NCBI RefSeq assembly: GCF_009914755.1
Contig: NC_060929.1
Reading direction: 5' to 3' (one strand)
DNA length: 64,000 nucleotides
From: the human T2T-CHM13v2.0 reference genome, Homo sapiens
The translations under genes were made by a program, and so were the position numbers. Below are positions 26,601 to 39,545 of this stretch, one piece after another. Positions within the stretch are counted from its first letter, which is position 1. Every line of letters starts with the position of its first letter. Below the pieces are notes generated by a model. That model saw nothing but the letters and a program-made list of their open reading frames with translations. It was not told the origin of the DNA and did not search any database.

Positions 26601-27459
26601 CGCATATTGAACATACATATTCACACATAGCTTTATATCTGCAACCCTAGATATAAATATCCCATATTCAGTTCTATTGTGAGATTTTTCAAAGGTTATT
26701 CACATGCTTTCTAGTGCCACATTCTTTCAAATTTTAATCATGAGCTCCCTAAATAGAAGTCATTTGCATCTGTAAACATTCCCTTGCAGTAGTATTTAGC
26801 AGTGTATTCTCTTTGTGCAGAGCTATTTTAAAAGGAAAATAAACCTTAATATGGAACAACAATCAAGCATGAGCATAAAGAGGTAAATTAGAGGCTTGAG
26901 AAACCCTGTAAACCCTTTATGTAATTTCTGAAAAATGTCTGAAGTTTCTCAATCTTAAAATAGCCCAGAATCATATAGCTTATTTCAGATGGTGGATTAT
27001 AGGGATACTATTCATATAATCCAACTTATGACCTAAATCATAAGAACATATTCAAGAAATGAAATGAGTTTGAGATAATTTACTATTCTGAAATGAGGCC
27101 AAATAAGTACACATGGTTCAAGCTCGAAATGATAGACCATTATCACAAGTGATGGCGAGTTCTCATTAGTCTGGCATTTCTAAATCAATGTTGTAGTCAA
27201 TAAATCTGTTGCAGAATGGTTACACATGATCGTTTTTAGGAATTAATAACAAGACATATATTTTTGTTTTAGGATTCTTTTCACTCCAATTACTCTAGAA
27301 TATTATTTCTTCATAATGTTTATTTTTCTCTATTTAACTTGACCAAATACAAATTAGAAACATTAAATTATTTCTTAATTGACATGGAGCTTGGTGGAAG
27401 CAAACATCATCTCAGGATGTACAATACTATTAATATTTTTATAACAGCTATCAATTATC

Positions 27460-27655
27460 TACTATTTCCATGCACCAGGAACTGTGCCAGGTTTATTAAG
27501 TTTAATCCTCAGCACATTTCTTCGAGGCAGGTATTATTATCCTCATTTTAGAGATGAGGAAACTGAGGCTTAGGGAGGATAAGCAGTTAGGCGATGTCAT
27601 ACATAGCTAGTGTAGGGTGGAACGGATATTCAATTCCAAGTCTTCCTGATGCCAG
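27460..27655 (-). mobile_element. MIR
   Basis: Core in reverse: CATTTTAGAGATGAGGAAACTGAGGCTTAG. Confidence 0.8.
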
Positions 27656-28782
27656 AACTATACAACCTCAGTTTACAGTATAAATCATACTTTTCTTCCT
27701 GACTACCCTACTTCAAATATTTGTTTCATAATTTCCCAGAAGCTCTTAAAGGCCCTTCCAGAAAAGTCTGGGGGAGGTTGAAACTTGGTAGAACTTGACT
27801 GTGTAATCTTAAGCATGTGCAACAGATTTCAATAAAAAAGCTGCATGGTGATTTTGCCCGCAGAGACATGCCCTATGCATATTTTCTAATCAGGTGCATG
27901 TCAAGAAAAAGCCTTTTAATATTATATTACTGTAACTGTCGTACTCCTTTTTTAAAATTTTAGTTTTTCAAGCTACAGTAGGACTTTATGATGTGCTCCT
28001 AAGTACCCACATGCACTATGGCAGGAGGAAACAGGAAACAAACACAGTAACCTAATGTTCCAAGAAGAAAACTGGAAGAACCGGCAGCGATACTCGCCAT
28101 GAAAGAAGACATTTCCCAGCCTGGCCTTGCCATCTCTGACCTCACAGCATGTCCCTTGAGATTTGGGCAGCCCTTGCCTGCTCCCACTCCTGTGATGCCT
28201 CAGCCCTGGCCGGAAAGAGAAGCAAACTAGCTGATGATGCTGTGCCACGAGAACCAAAAGGAACATACAAATCAGAAACGTCTGTTATCCAAACCCAACT
28301 GAGAAGGCTCTGTCTCAGGAAGGGACCTCCCCATTTACATACAGACATTCCAGGGCCTTTCTGGATGTCTCTGAAAAGTAACAGATGCAGCAGATTCACT
28401 CATTTTTACCTTAAAGTCAATAAGGTACACCAAAGGTGACTTTGTATCTATTTTTTTCCTTCTGTAATGCAAGTATTTAATCAATGAATGTCCTATTTAA
28501 TGGCATGTGTTAACATTTTTCTATACCATCTGTTTGCCAAAAATTACTTACTTTAACAGACCGAATTCACAGAATCTCAGTTAGCCCAAGAAGCAAAAAG
28601 GATTCTGCTATACTTGGGGCAAATGGGCAACAGTCCAGAGTGATCCTGGTGGAAACTAAGTCAGATCATGTTACTTCTGTGTTCTAAACTCTCCAATGGC
28701 TCCAATCTGACTCAGAGTGAAATCCCAGATCCTTACCATGGTCTATGATGAACCGCCCCCCATACTCCATAGCACCAATTAA

Positions 28783-29170
28783 TATTTGTATACATATTCT
28801 ATGTATTTATATACATAGAATGTATACAAATACATATATTTGTATACATATTCTATGTATTTATATACATAGAATGTATACAAATACATATATTTGTATA
28901 CATATTCTATGTATTTATATACATAGAATGTATAAAAATACCTATATTTGTATACATATTCTATGTATTTATATACATAGAATGTATAAAAATACCTATA
29001 TTTGTATACATATTCTATGTATTTATATACATAGAATGTATACAAATACCTATATTTGTATACATATTCTATGTATTTATATACATAGAATGTATACAAA
29101 TACATGTATTTGTATACATATTCTATGTATTTATATACATAGAATGTATACAAATACATATATTTGTATA
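28783..29170. repeat. 54-bp AT-rich minisatellite, 7 full copies plus a partial copy
   Basis: Unit TATTTGTATACATATTCTATGTATTTATATACATAGAATGTATACAAATACATA. Gives the 18-aa periodic ORFs on both strands. Confidence 0.97.
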
Positions 29171-29212
29171 TAATGTATACAAATATTAAATTAATAGAAT
29201 GTATACAAATAT

Positions 29213-29277
29213 TAATTGTGGTTTTTGCCATTACTTTTAAATGGCAAAAAACTGCAATTACATTTGCACCAACTTAA
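29213..29277. mobile_element. MADE1 (Hsmar1-derived MITE), left end truncated
   Basis: TAATTGTGGTTTTTGCCATTACTTTTAAATGGCAAAAAACTGCAATTACATTTGCACCAACTTAA matches the MADE1 palindrome. Confidence 0.88.
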
Positions 29278-29289
29278 TACACATTCTGC

Positions 29290-29805
29290 ACATGTCTACG
29301 TTCCTTTCCCTTTGTTCAACCTATTTGAGCCATGCAGGCCTTCTTGGTGCTTCTCCAGGCCCACGATCTCTGCAGCCTCTGGATGTTTTTCTGTTCTCTC
29401 CACCTGGAAAACTCTCTTGCCAAATAGACACATGGATTGCTTCCTCATTTTCTTTAGGTCCCTCCTCCAATGTTAACTATTAGAAAGGCCTTTCCTGACT
29501 ATTTCATACATACACACACACAGGTATACACATACAATAAGTATGTTTTATATATATATATCACAATTTCCCCAGCTTCACATTCTCTATTCTTCTTACT
29601 TTACTTTTCCATCATAGTACTTACCACCTACTTGACATATTTTATATTTATTTATTTGCTTATTTAATCCCCTCCCAGCCTCCTGTCCCCAGTAGAGTGT
29701 AGCTTCTATTAAAGCAGGGCCATTGCCTATTTTTTTCTCTGTTGTATTCACAAAGTCTAAAATACCTGTTGAATGAAGTAAGAAAGGAAGGAATCAGTGA
29801 ATGAA
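29290..29805 (+). mobile_element. L2 3' fragment (upstream part probably about 28655-28750)
   Basis: CCACCTGGAAAACTCTC, TTCCTCATTTTCTTTAGGTC, AGAAAGGCCTTTCCTGAC, TGTTGAATGAA. The upstream piece CAGATCATGTTACTTCTGTGTTCTAAACTCTCCAATGGCTCC is also L2-like. Confidence 0.65.
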
Positions 29806-31128
29806 AGACAACATCACCTCAAGAAAAACACTTGTTTTCTCACTGATCTGCTCTAACTGCCCGCAGAATCACAAGTTTAAATTAGAAAAAAGTGAAATAA
29901 AAAGTCTAATCACTGGCATATGATTAGGCATATGAGTTTCGTGCAATTTAAGTAGGTTCTTAAATCAGCTATCAAGATGAATAAGTAGCTTATTTTTCAA
30001 CATATACTAGGTTTTTCTTCACATTTGTGCAAAGCAAAATTAGTTTAAACGTACCTTTGAAAAAACTTATACTAATAACTTGGTAGTTATTTTCAAAGCA
30101 TTCCTGCAAAGGGTGAAGGCAGATGATGGCAAACTATCAACCAAACATTGAGTCTAATGCAGGCCCTAGGTTATTCTTGGTGACCTTTTTTGCAGTAATG
30201 CCGAGTAGGAGCAGCAGCAGCCCTGATTAGCCCGAAAACGTCTAAGGAGTGACATAGACCTGGAAGACATTCTCATTACCACCATCATCAATGACCACTT
30301 TCGCATCCTCAGACCAAGCGGAAAGCTAAAATCTCGGAATCACAAAACTCAAGTTTATGGGGGATCATTTAATTTATTCTCTTCGTTTTACAAATTTAGA
30401 AACTAAGCTTCAGCATTTCAGAGAGATCAAGTGGCTCACCAAAGTTCATCTTACTTGGGAGAAGAATATTGAACAAGATGACCTGGGCCAGGGACACTTA
30501 TCAAAAGAAAAGAGAAGTGTTCACTCAAACTACCTAGGACAGAACTAGAATAAAGAAATTGTCCCCAAAGCTCCTCTTAAATACTAAGAACCCAATTTTT
30601 AGGAATTAAATGTTTAATGAATTTACATTATAGCTAGTTCTGCTAAAATTTATGAAACAGTTTAGTTGAACTTTTTATTTGCTGAACATATTCTTTAGAG
30701 TGCACGCAAAATCAATGTGTATAATACATTTATGTCCCCTTTAGAGAAAAGAGTATAATTTTACCATTTTAAATAACTATGAAAGGTTATGGCTACTGCA
30801 TCTTTGCCTCTGACATAGGGTTGGTCATAGTTATGATTTATTTTTTCTCAAATATATGGTCAGAGACACAGTCTCAATTAAGATATTACTCCTGAAGGAA
30901 AACGGGAGGCATTTTACAACTCTCTGCTTTATGATTCTATTTCCAGAAAGCACAGGGGTGAAAAGTGGGAGCTGTCTGTGATACTAATTTGAAAAACTAA
31001 TGAAGTAATGGAACTGTTATTTCTCCTAATGGCTACCAGGCCCTATTCTCTGCACAGTGTAATACTGTATCTACACATGTATGACTTAAGGCCACAGCTA
31101 CTACCACAATGTGCCCTCAGCAAAACAA

Positions 31129-31175
31129 CGCACACACACACACACACACCCATCACCATCACCATCACCATCACT
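31129..31175 (+). repeat. (CA)n followed by (CACCAT)n simple repeat
   Basis: GCACACACACACACACACACCCATCACCATCACCATCACCATCAC. Confidence 0.9.
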
Positions 31176-32983
31176 GCTGCCACCACATCTTACTAAGGAA
31201 AAGGCTTATAAAATTTTTATCTCAATTCTCAGGGGCCAAGAATTTTATCTCAATCTCAAAGAAATGTTCTTTACACTCCCTCACAGCTATCTTTTCAAAA
31301 TTTTCAACTACTTTTGCTCCTTACAACCAATTTGATCCTGAAAAGTATATGTAAACTGAATTTTTAGAACAGACCACTTTTTAAAATGCTCTAGGGCTAT
31401 TGAAAAGAACTCCATTTTTGTAAATGGAATAATCACTCTGCAATTTATCTTTTGTAAAATCCTAATTTTCTTATGTCATGCTTGTTTAAAATGATATAGA
31501 CCTGTTCAGAATTCCTCAAGGGGATAAAACCAACATTAATTATTTCTTTCTACTCCATTTCAGTTGAAAACTTTCTCTAGAATAAAAAACAGAATTTTAC
31601 TAATACTTGGTAGCGTCTGCCTTGTCATTCTCTTTATATTGGCACAGATCCCTTCATTCTAGAAAGCAAGACTTCTCCTGGTAAGGCCTTGGTGAGCTCT
31701 GACCCTTATGCAAATGTTGAGTGAGACAGCCCTGGCCTCCCACACAGACAGACCAAACCATCTTTTATCGATTCCTCCTTCCCTTCCTTGTGCCCCTGTG
31801 TCTACAATAAGAAAGAAGATATGCAGTCCCTGCTCTCAGGGCCTTACACTTTAAAGAGTAAAATACAAAATTTGAAAATGTCATTGTTCTGAAGAAAGAA
31901 GCAAAAGGTTTGAAGGTTCTGTATGGGATGGAGTGGTAACACCAACTATTGAACCAAGGGGCCCAGTCCAAGGTGATAAACTCCACATCAAGCTTGAACA
32001 CAAAGACATTAAAATCTTCCAAGGGGTCAGGTTCAATTAGAGCCCTTGGCAATCTGGATACACTTGCTAATCTGAAGGGAGTACCAGATGCAAGACAGTT
32101 CAAAAAGCATTGACTAAATACTTACACCACCCTAGGAAATGAACTCATAAAGACAGGAGTATGCCTCATCTTTCGTCTTTGGATCACCAGCGCTAGAAGC
32201 ACCTACATTTCCACATCCAGAGTAGCTTCAGAAGACATCAAAATTTGGGGAACCTTTTGGATTCAGCAGTCAGAACCCAACCATTAAAAGCACCAAGGGC
32301 ATCCCCAAACATTAAGCCTGTGAGAGATTGGAAGGGTGTATGGGATGCAGCAGGAACAATGCTCTCGTGTAACTATGTAGGTAGGATAATGCCTTCTGTC
32401 CCAAAGAGATACCAGACGAGAAACTACTGAGTATTGCTAGGGATTGCAAAACTGGCTAGTCATTCCTTGCAAAAATAGGATTCTCAATGTTCAGAACCAA
32501 CTTGGAAGGCATATGTATTAGTGAGTGCCTGTCCTTCTATAGCCCCCAGCTTAGTCATAATTGAGGTATTACTTAATATTTTCATCAAAGAATGTAAGAT
32601 GGACTTACGAATAGGTTTATAAGGAAAATTATTTGGGTGCAGTAACTAGTTATTGAAGCCAACTAGTTAAATTGTTCATTAAAGTGGAACAAAGTTCAAT
32701 AAAGACAGTTAAGGCATGCTATGAGTCAGAAGCACAGAGCCTATCACATGAACAGAAAAGCCACTTACTAGGTACAAGTATGTCTCAGGAAAAATGAAGC
32801 CTACAGCAGACTGCAAATCGAATGTGAGTTATGCTGGTCTACTCATCAAATCTAATCAGAAGTTTTGTTCTCACATTTTGGATCTGCATTCAAAATGGGA
32901 CTCCAGAAAGATGACAAAAGTTATATAAAAGACTTAAAACCGGTCTTGTAGGAACAGCCAGAGGAATTTAAGTGACATGATTC

Positions 32984-33252
32984 TTTTTTTTTTTTTTTTT
33001 TTTTTTTGAGACGAAGTCTCACTCTGTTGCCCAGGCTGGAGTGCAGCGGCGCGATCTCGGTTCATGCAAGCTCCGCTTCCCGGGTTCACACCATTCTCCT
33101 GCCTCAGCCTCCCAAGTAGCTGGGACTACAGGCACCCGCCACCACACCCGGCTAATTTCTTTTTGTATTTTTAGTAGAGACGGGGTTTCACCATGTTAGC
33201 CAGGATGGTCTCGATCTCCTGATCTTGTGATCTGCCTGCCTCAGCCTCCCAA
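32984..33252 (-). mobile_element. AluY-like, 5'-truncated, with TSD
   Basis: AluY-type GCAAGCTCCGC..CCCGGGTTCAC.CCATTCTCC and GTTAGCCAGGATGGTCTCGATCTCCTGA. TSD TAAGTGACATGA(T/G)TCTTT at 32969 and 33253. Confidence 0.92.
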
Positions 33253-34603
33253 TAAGTGACATGAGTCTTTGAAGGAAGAGAACACTAGTCTGTATATGTT
33301 GCTCATCTGAAAAGAAGACTAGAGGCAAGGATGTGTTTTTAACTATACAGAAAGTCTGGTTGCACTGACCAGATAGAAAGGACTAGATGATGAATGGTAT
33401 TAAAATGGATTTTTATGACCAGGAGAACTATATACTTAGTATACTTTAAATGTGAATGGGATTTTGTAAATAATCTAACCTAATCCATGGAAGTCAGTTC
33501 CCTCAAAATGCTCCATAAAAAAAGGGTTCCCAGGTCTAATAAATTTGGTGAGCACTGTATATTGCACCACTCGCTTTGAAGAATTAACAATACACAGTAT
33601 CATATTTAAGGCATCAGAAAGTTTTTCAGGAAAAAAAATAACTTTAACAAAATTAACTTAAATTTAAACAGAAATTATAACATCTTAATAATTTTCTTGT
33701 TCCTTGTAACTGTCTTTGGATCCTCAATCTAGCCTAACTCCCTCTCTTACATTTGAGAAAACAGACTCACTTATATGACTGGCCCTAGATCTGATTAGAG
33801 TTGGGCAGTGGCAGAAATGAGACTTAACCCAGTCTATTGCATGTCTTATATTCTGTTGATGCCAATGAAATAAAGCTGGAAATTAAGAAACAGGATGTTT
33901 TCCATTCTTTGTCGTGGAGTCGTTGATTTTTCATATTATATCCATTAAAAGAAAGAAAAGTAATTAAATTTGAGATAAATCTTAACTGAAAAATATAAAC
34001 CACATTCTTTAATTTGTTGACCACAGCTAAACCTGCAAAAGCACTAGAAAAATATAAGAGTACTAGATAAAGATAAAATAATACTGTACAACACACTAGA
34101 AATATAAGTGGTAAATTGACCTCTGCCCCTGTTGCACTTAAAGGATTAACTGCATAAATCTTCTCTTTGTTTTGAACTATTCCACATATTCTACAGTACT
34201 GTTCATCAGTGAAATACACCCTGGTTTTGGCCAGTGGTTGTTTCTGCCTATTTTGCATCACTACCTAACTTCCTTAGGCTAAAAAACAAACCAACAAAAA
34301 AAATACTCTGAAGAACTCCTCTTTCCTTATCTCATGCAGTCTTGGAGCTGTCGGTCAAAGTATTCTCTATTCTTTCCAAAGCACAGGCATATAAGCCAAT
34401 CAAATTCCTTCTCCCAGGAACTTGCGTCCTGAGTAGGGTGACACAAGGAATTGAAAAATGTTAGAGCTAAGAAAATCGAATGGCTGAGTCTTGATGAAAC
34501 TATCTACTTGTTTCTATATTTAAGATCCCCACCACTGTCTTGGTTCCTGTCCATCCTGAGGTCTTCAGTTAAAATAACCAAACTCTGGAAGGAAAAGTCT
34601 CTC

Positions 34604-34833
34604 TTTTTGTTTGTTGGTATTTGACACAGGGTCTCACTTGGTTGCCCAGGCTGGAGTGCAGTGGTGCAATCATGGCTCACACCAACTATAGGCATGGCCA
34701 TCACGCCTGGCTATTTTTAAACTTTTTTCACAGATGGGGTCTTACATTGTTGCCCAGGCTGGGCTCGAGCGACTCTCCTGCCTTGGCTTCCTAAAGCACT
34801 GGAATTACAAGGTGTGAGCCAACATACTTGGCT
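34604..34833 (-). mobile_element. Old Alu with internal deletion
   Basis: CCCAGGCTGGAGTGCAGTGGTGCAATCATGGCTCAC jumps to ACTATAGGCATG, and the left arm follows. Confidence 0.82.
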
Positions 34834-37030
34834 CTTTTTGTTTAAGTTAGCTGAAGTTGATAAATGTTGTTTATAAATGGAGAACCTTAATGAATATAAT
34901 ACTCATCTGTGGTGTACTTTGCAAATGGATGGGGTATTATCAAATGTTCATAATTATTACAGGGATCATACATTTGGCAATGAATTATTCCAGAGTGTAG
35001 ACACAGAAATGAAAAGTAATATTAATTTAAGTGTGATGGGTTAAAAAAAATAGCTCTTAAAGTCATCTACAAATAAGGCTTGCCAAAATTTTAAAAATAT
35101 AGATTGGGTGATACTAACTTTGGGCGACTTATTGATTAACCTGTTTCTGATGGTAGAAAGAATTATTCTATCTTGTGTCTCCGTGGTGTAATTTTATTAG
35201 TGAAGTGACAAACCATGCTTCCCAGTGGTGCCTTGAACTGACTTGGAATGTACGGTAAAATACAGATTTCCTCAAATGAATTGCCAAAACCATTAATCTT
35301 TATCTAAGGACCCATAATAGTTTGTTCTCAGTAGCAGGTGGGGGAGAGAGAGAAAATGTCTTCCAGAAAGCACTTTGGCAGTCAATCTGGTTGATAATAA
35401 AACTTGATGAAACATCTGTGATTAATATTAATTCTGATTCTCTCTTTAATGGATAATTGTGAAAAAGATAATTTATCCCATTTCATTTAGACTACAGCTG
35501 AGTTTTTCAATTTAGAAAAAGAACATTTCTCCACGTTTCTCAGGTATGAGACTATAGGGAAAAAAAACCAGGTGCACAAAACCTGCCAACAGACAGGCAA
35601 TTTTCTAGTTAGCCCTTGAAAATATTTTGTACACGTTCAACTGACCACTACAGATTTGGATGTCACCCCCAAATGGTTCTCTAAGTGAGTAGACTGATTA
35701 TTTCTTCATCCTCACCACTGTAGAACACTCTAAATGAACCACAGTGAACTGAATTAATACTTTTTGAACTCAATTAATATATTTGGCCATATTTGATTCT
35801 GCAAAGATGGTAAGAAAAATGCCCTTGTGAGTAAATGACAGTGAGCTATTTCTGACCACCAGTGTATTTCAAACTAGTTGATGATAGAAACTATTTTTGA
35901 CACATGCAAATGTATAATTAAAAGTACCCATAAAAATTTGTCATGGAAGCTACCATTAATTTTGACAGAAACTAGGAAAGTAACTAATTGCCTTTCAAAT
36001 ATCAATATTAAGAAAACCACTTATTAAACTAGCACTTCAACTCATTTACACATGGAAAACTTGAAGCATGGGTTGAAGTCTCCTGCCCAACTCTCCAAAC
36101 CTAATGAATGGTGAAGCCAAAACCCAGGCCTCCTCATTCTCATCTCATCTATCTTTCAAAACTTAATAATACTTTTAAAAGGAACCTATGAAATAATAGA
36201 CTTATTTTCTAAGAATCAGGGCATATTATATGGTTAAAAAAATGACTGTTGTCTAACCCAATACAGAAGTGGTAAATAGTGATTAAGTACAGATCACTGT
36301 TGACCTTTAATCATAACCAAATCATTGCTCCATTTAAATTGACTCCATTTTCATCAGACTCTAACTGACATCAGGGAGAGCAAAACAAACTGACAAGCAC
36401 AAAAGGCACAGACAATGGGCACTGACTTCTTCAGTGTTCCTTCCAAAAACCTCATGTCATATAAATAGAATATTACAGGAACTATTCATTATTCATTTCT
36501 TTCTCTCCAGGTACACATTTTCCTTCGAAACTGTTGGTCCAAAATGAATATTTCTTATCACTTGATATCTTGCCTGTTTTCTATTTTTATGTGGCTTTCT
36601 GATTCTTATCCTAACACAGCTTGCCACTTTGAAAAAGAAATTTATTTTATGATAAAAAATTTTGTTCAATTGTACAAGAAATGCAAAAACCCTAAAGGGT
36701 TCTATGGTTTTTGTTTGCATCAGCAAGGTCAAATTATGTCTAATTTACAGGTAAAGCAATGAGACAATTTACTTGGTCAGGCAGAAGGAAGGATTTATTA
36801 TGACCATTGTGAATTAGATGACTCCCAGAATCTTAGTCTATTTTAGTCTTTATCTTAGACTTAGTCTCTCCCTAACCAGAGCTCCCTGGATTATACCAAC
36901 ATTCACATCACAAAGACTGCCATTTCTCAAGACTGATGGTACTGTTGACATGACCCTTCCATTTAATCAAATCCTCTAGTACCCACTTCTTTCAAGTCTT
37001 GAATTCAGACCCATCCATTCCTACTTTAAG

Positions 37031-37208
37031 CCAATGTTCTCGAAGTGTGGTACAACTTGCAGGAAAAACAGCTGGAGGGCTTATTAAAAATAGATTCCTA
37101 CATTGCAACCTCATAAAGTTGAACGAATCAAACTTTATGGAAGTGGGTTCCAAGAATTTGACTTTTTACCTATCATCTCCAGACAGATCACGAAATTTGG
37201 GATAGCGT
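37031..37208. mobile_element. MER5-like hAT/Charlie non-autonomous relic
   Basis: CAATGTTCTCGAAGTGTGG start, GCTGGAGGGCTTATTAAAAATAGATTCC, GTGGGTTCCAAGAATTTG. Confidence 0.55.
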
Positions 37209-37959
37209 CTTAAGCCCTGAGACTTAAATTCCACCTTGTCCCTCAAATCAATATGTTACTACATCTTTAACTGATCTCTTCCTCCTGAAATAGTCGTCTC
37301 TCTCTCTTTTATGGAAAGTGCTAATCTTATAATTCACTTTATTTCTCTTTTTGCTGTTATTTTCATGAATATATTTTTCCCACACTGGATTGTGAGCTCC
37401 TAGAGGACAAAAATCATATTGAATACTTTCTCCACACTGTCCCCTACATTGGCCCTCTAGGTAAACATAGCTCAGTAAGCACTGATGAACTGCTTGACTA
37501 ATGAGAAAATAATATGTAATACTGAAGTGTGTCCTTCTATAGCCACTGTAGATTTTCTACAAATATAATGATGCACAAGTACCAACAGCCTCAAGTAGAG
37601 TTTAATAAAGGGGTTTTATAGCATTTGGAATACAAATATTTCACAAAATTGCCACAATAAATCTAAAATATACTTTAATAATAAACTAACACATTGTAGC
37701 TAAAGGTCAGAAATTCTGTTATTTGATTAAACTAATAATCTAGCAAATGTTATTGATTTAGCAATTCCACTTAATATAAATATCATAAAAACTCATGCAA
37801 AAATCTCTATACCTATTGCAAAGGAACTAAAGGCAATTAAAAAAAAAGAGAAACTCAAGTAAAGGATATTAATATCTCTGAGATTAGAATCATTTCTGCA
37901 TAAGTACCAGTACTATTTATAGAATAAGCTTTTGAACACTGCTTTTCACACATGGATAA

Positions 37960-38200
37960 GAGCTAAGGGCATGAACTTTGAAGTCAGAATGCCTTTGCTC
38001 AAATCTGGACTCAACTGTACATGAACAGTGTGATTCTAAACAAATGATTTGACCTGTTTGCATTTCAGTTTTTCTCATTTGTAAAATCGGAACAATAACA
38101 GTGCCTAACACGTACCTGTGATAAAGTATGGATGAGATTATATATATATATATACATATGGAATGGATAAGTGCTTACTACATGCTAGCTATTAATATAT
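37960..38200 (+). mobile_element. MIR
   Basis: ACTTTGAAGTCAGAATGCC ... TTCAGTTTTTCTCATTTGTAAAATCGGAACAATAACAGTGCCT. Confidence 0.75.
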
Positions 38201-39324
38201 ACCCAGCAAGCACCTAGTCATAAAACAAATGATTTCAATGTATTTATATGATAAGCCTCAAATCAGTTTACTCTTTAAGAATATACTACTACTCCCTATT
38301 GCCTGTTACATATATTCAAAACTCTTCAGAACAGAATTAATGGTGCTTCATAATCTGACCCAATCTATCCAGTTTTTATTTTCCAAATACTCTCCACTCC
38401 ATTCAGACCTTTTCATTGATCCCTGAGTTTATGCTGTTCTGATTCCTTATCAGGAGAGGCGAGGCCAGTAAGAGAAGAAATCCACGTGAGCGGTGTGAAG
38501 CTTGTTTTTTGGAGGGCTGCTGGGTGGGCTCCCTGACTCCGGTAATCACCCTCATGAACCAGTGCCAAGATCCCCTCTGTGTAAAATCTGGGTGCTGCAC
38601 ATGGCTGCTACAATTCCTTAACTTCATTCAAAAGGATTTCAAATGTTATAAATTCTCAGTGTCTTTCCCCTTATGGGAGCCCTACTCATCTTTCTTGTGC
38701 AAAGATGTATAGTAACTGCAAGTCTGTAAAACACTGGTGGATTTTAAATAACAATAGCAACAGCAAGTATAACTAATTACAATAAGTGAAACAATAATTT
38801 GCAGCTGCTGTGCTGCTTAAGGCTAGATAAGGTAAGGCAATCCCTGGCATGGAGCATCATGTTAACAAGCTGCAATGTTGAGACAGTTGTTCACTAGGCT
38901 TTGCAATATATCCACCAACGCCTACACTGTGCTATTGATTCTGTTAATGAAATTTAACCTCTGAAAAATGACTCAGGGCACTGAAGAGACATATACTTTC
39001 AATACTCTTGCTAATCATTAAATGCCTTCATCACAATTGAAACAGGAATGGTGAATGACACATTTCATTATGTCATCATGTCTGACCCCACAAACCATTC
39101 AATAGTACTCTGCTTTGTTCTATAAACCCATTTACTTCCTAGTATGTAAATTTCAGGAATAAGTTGACATGAAATTTCCCTATACATTTCCCATTAGCTG
39201 TCTTGAGAACAGGGTCTACCTAAGTTCCAAGGTGAAGGTAGAACTTAGATAACGACTTGCCAATGATGCTTGAAATCTGTCTACTTTTAACGTCTTTTAA
39301 AATATTTATTATGAAATAATTGAA

Positions 39325-39545
39325 TAAAGACTCTAGGCTTGGGGTCAAACTACATGGGTTCAAATCCTGACCCCAGTACTAACTACATGATCTCAGGCAA
39401 GTCACTTAACCTCTCTGAGCCTCAGTTTCCTCATCTATATGATAGATAATGATAGTACCGGCCTCACAGATGAGGATTCAACAATTTAAAACAGATACAG
39501 TGCTAGGTACAGTGCCTGCCACTTAGTACATGCAATATATGCTAA
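39325..39545 (+). mobile_element. MIR (well preserved)
   Basis: GGGTTCAAATCCTG ... GGCAAGTCACTTAACCTCTCTGAGCCTCAGTTTCCTCATCT ... ACAGTGCCTGCCAC. Confidence 0.88.

Noticed and set aside
28783-29170. Possible CRISPR-like array
   Set aside because: Units are head-to-tail and near-identical with no unique spacers, and the context is a mammalian intron.
28745-29231. 142-aa and 150-aa ORFs with 18-aa periodicity on opposite strands
   Set aside because: Translation of the stop-free 54-bp minisatellite, with no splice or coding context.
31109-31354. ORF with a poly-His run
   Set aside because: Arises from (CA)n/(CACCAT)n simple repeats.
32560-33360. Possible highly degenerate L3/CR1 fragment around the AluY
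   Set aside because: Similarity too weak to call by eye; needs RepeatMasker/Dfam.
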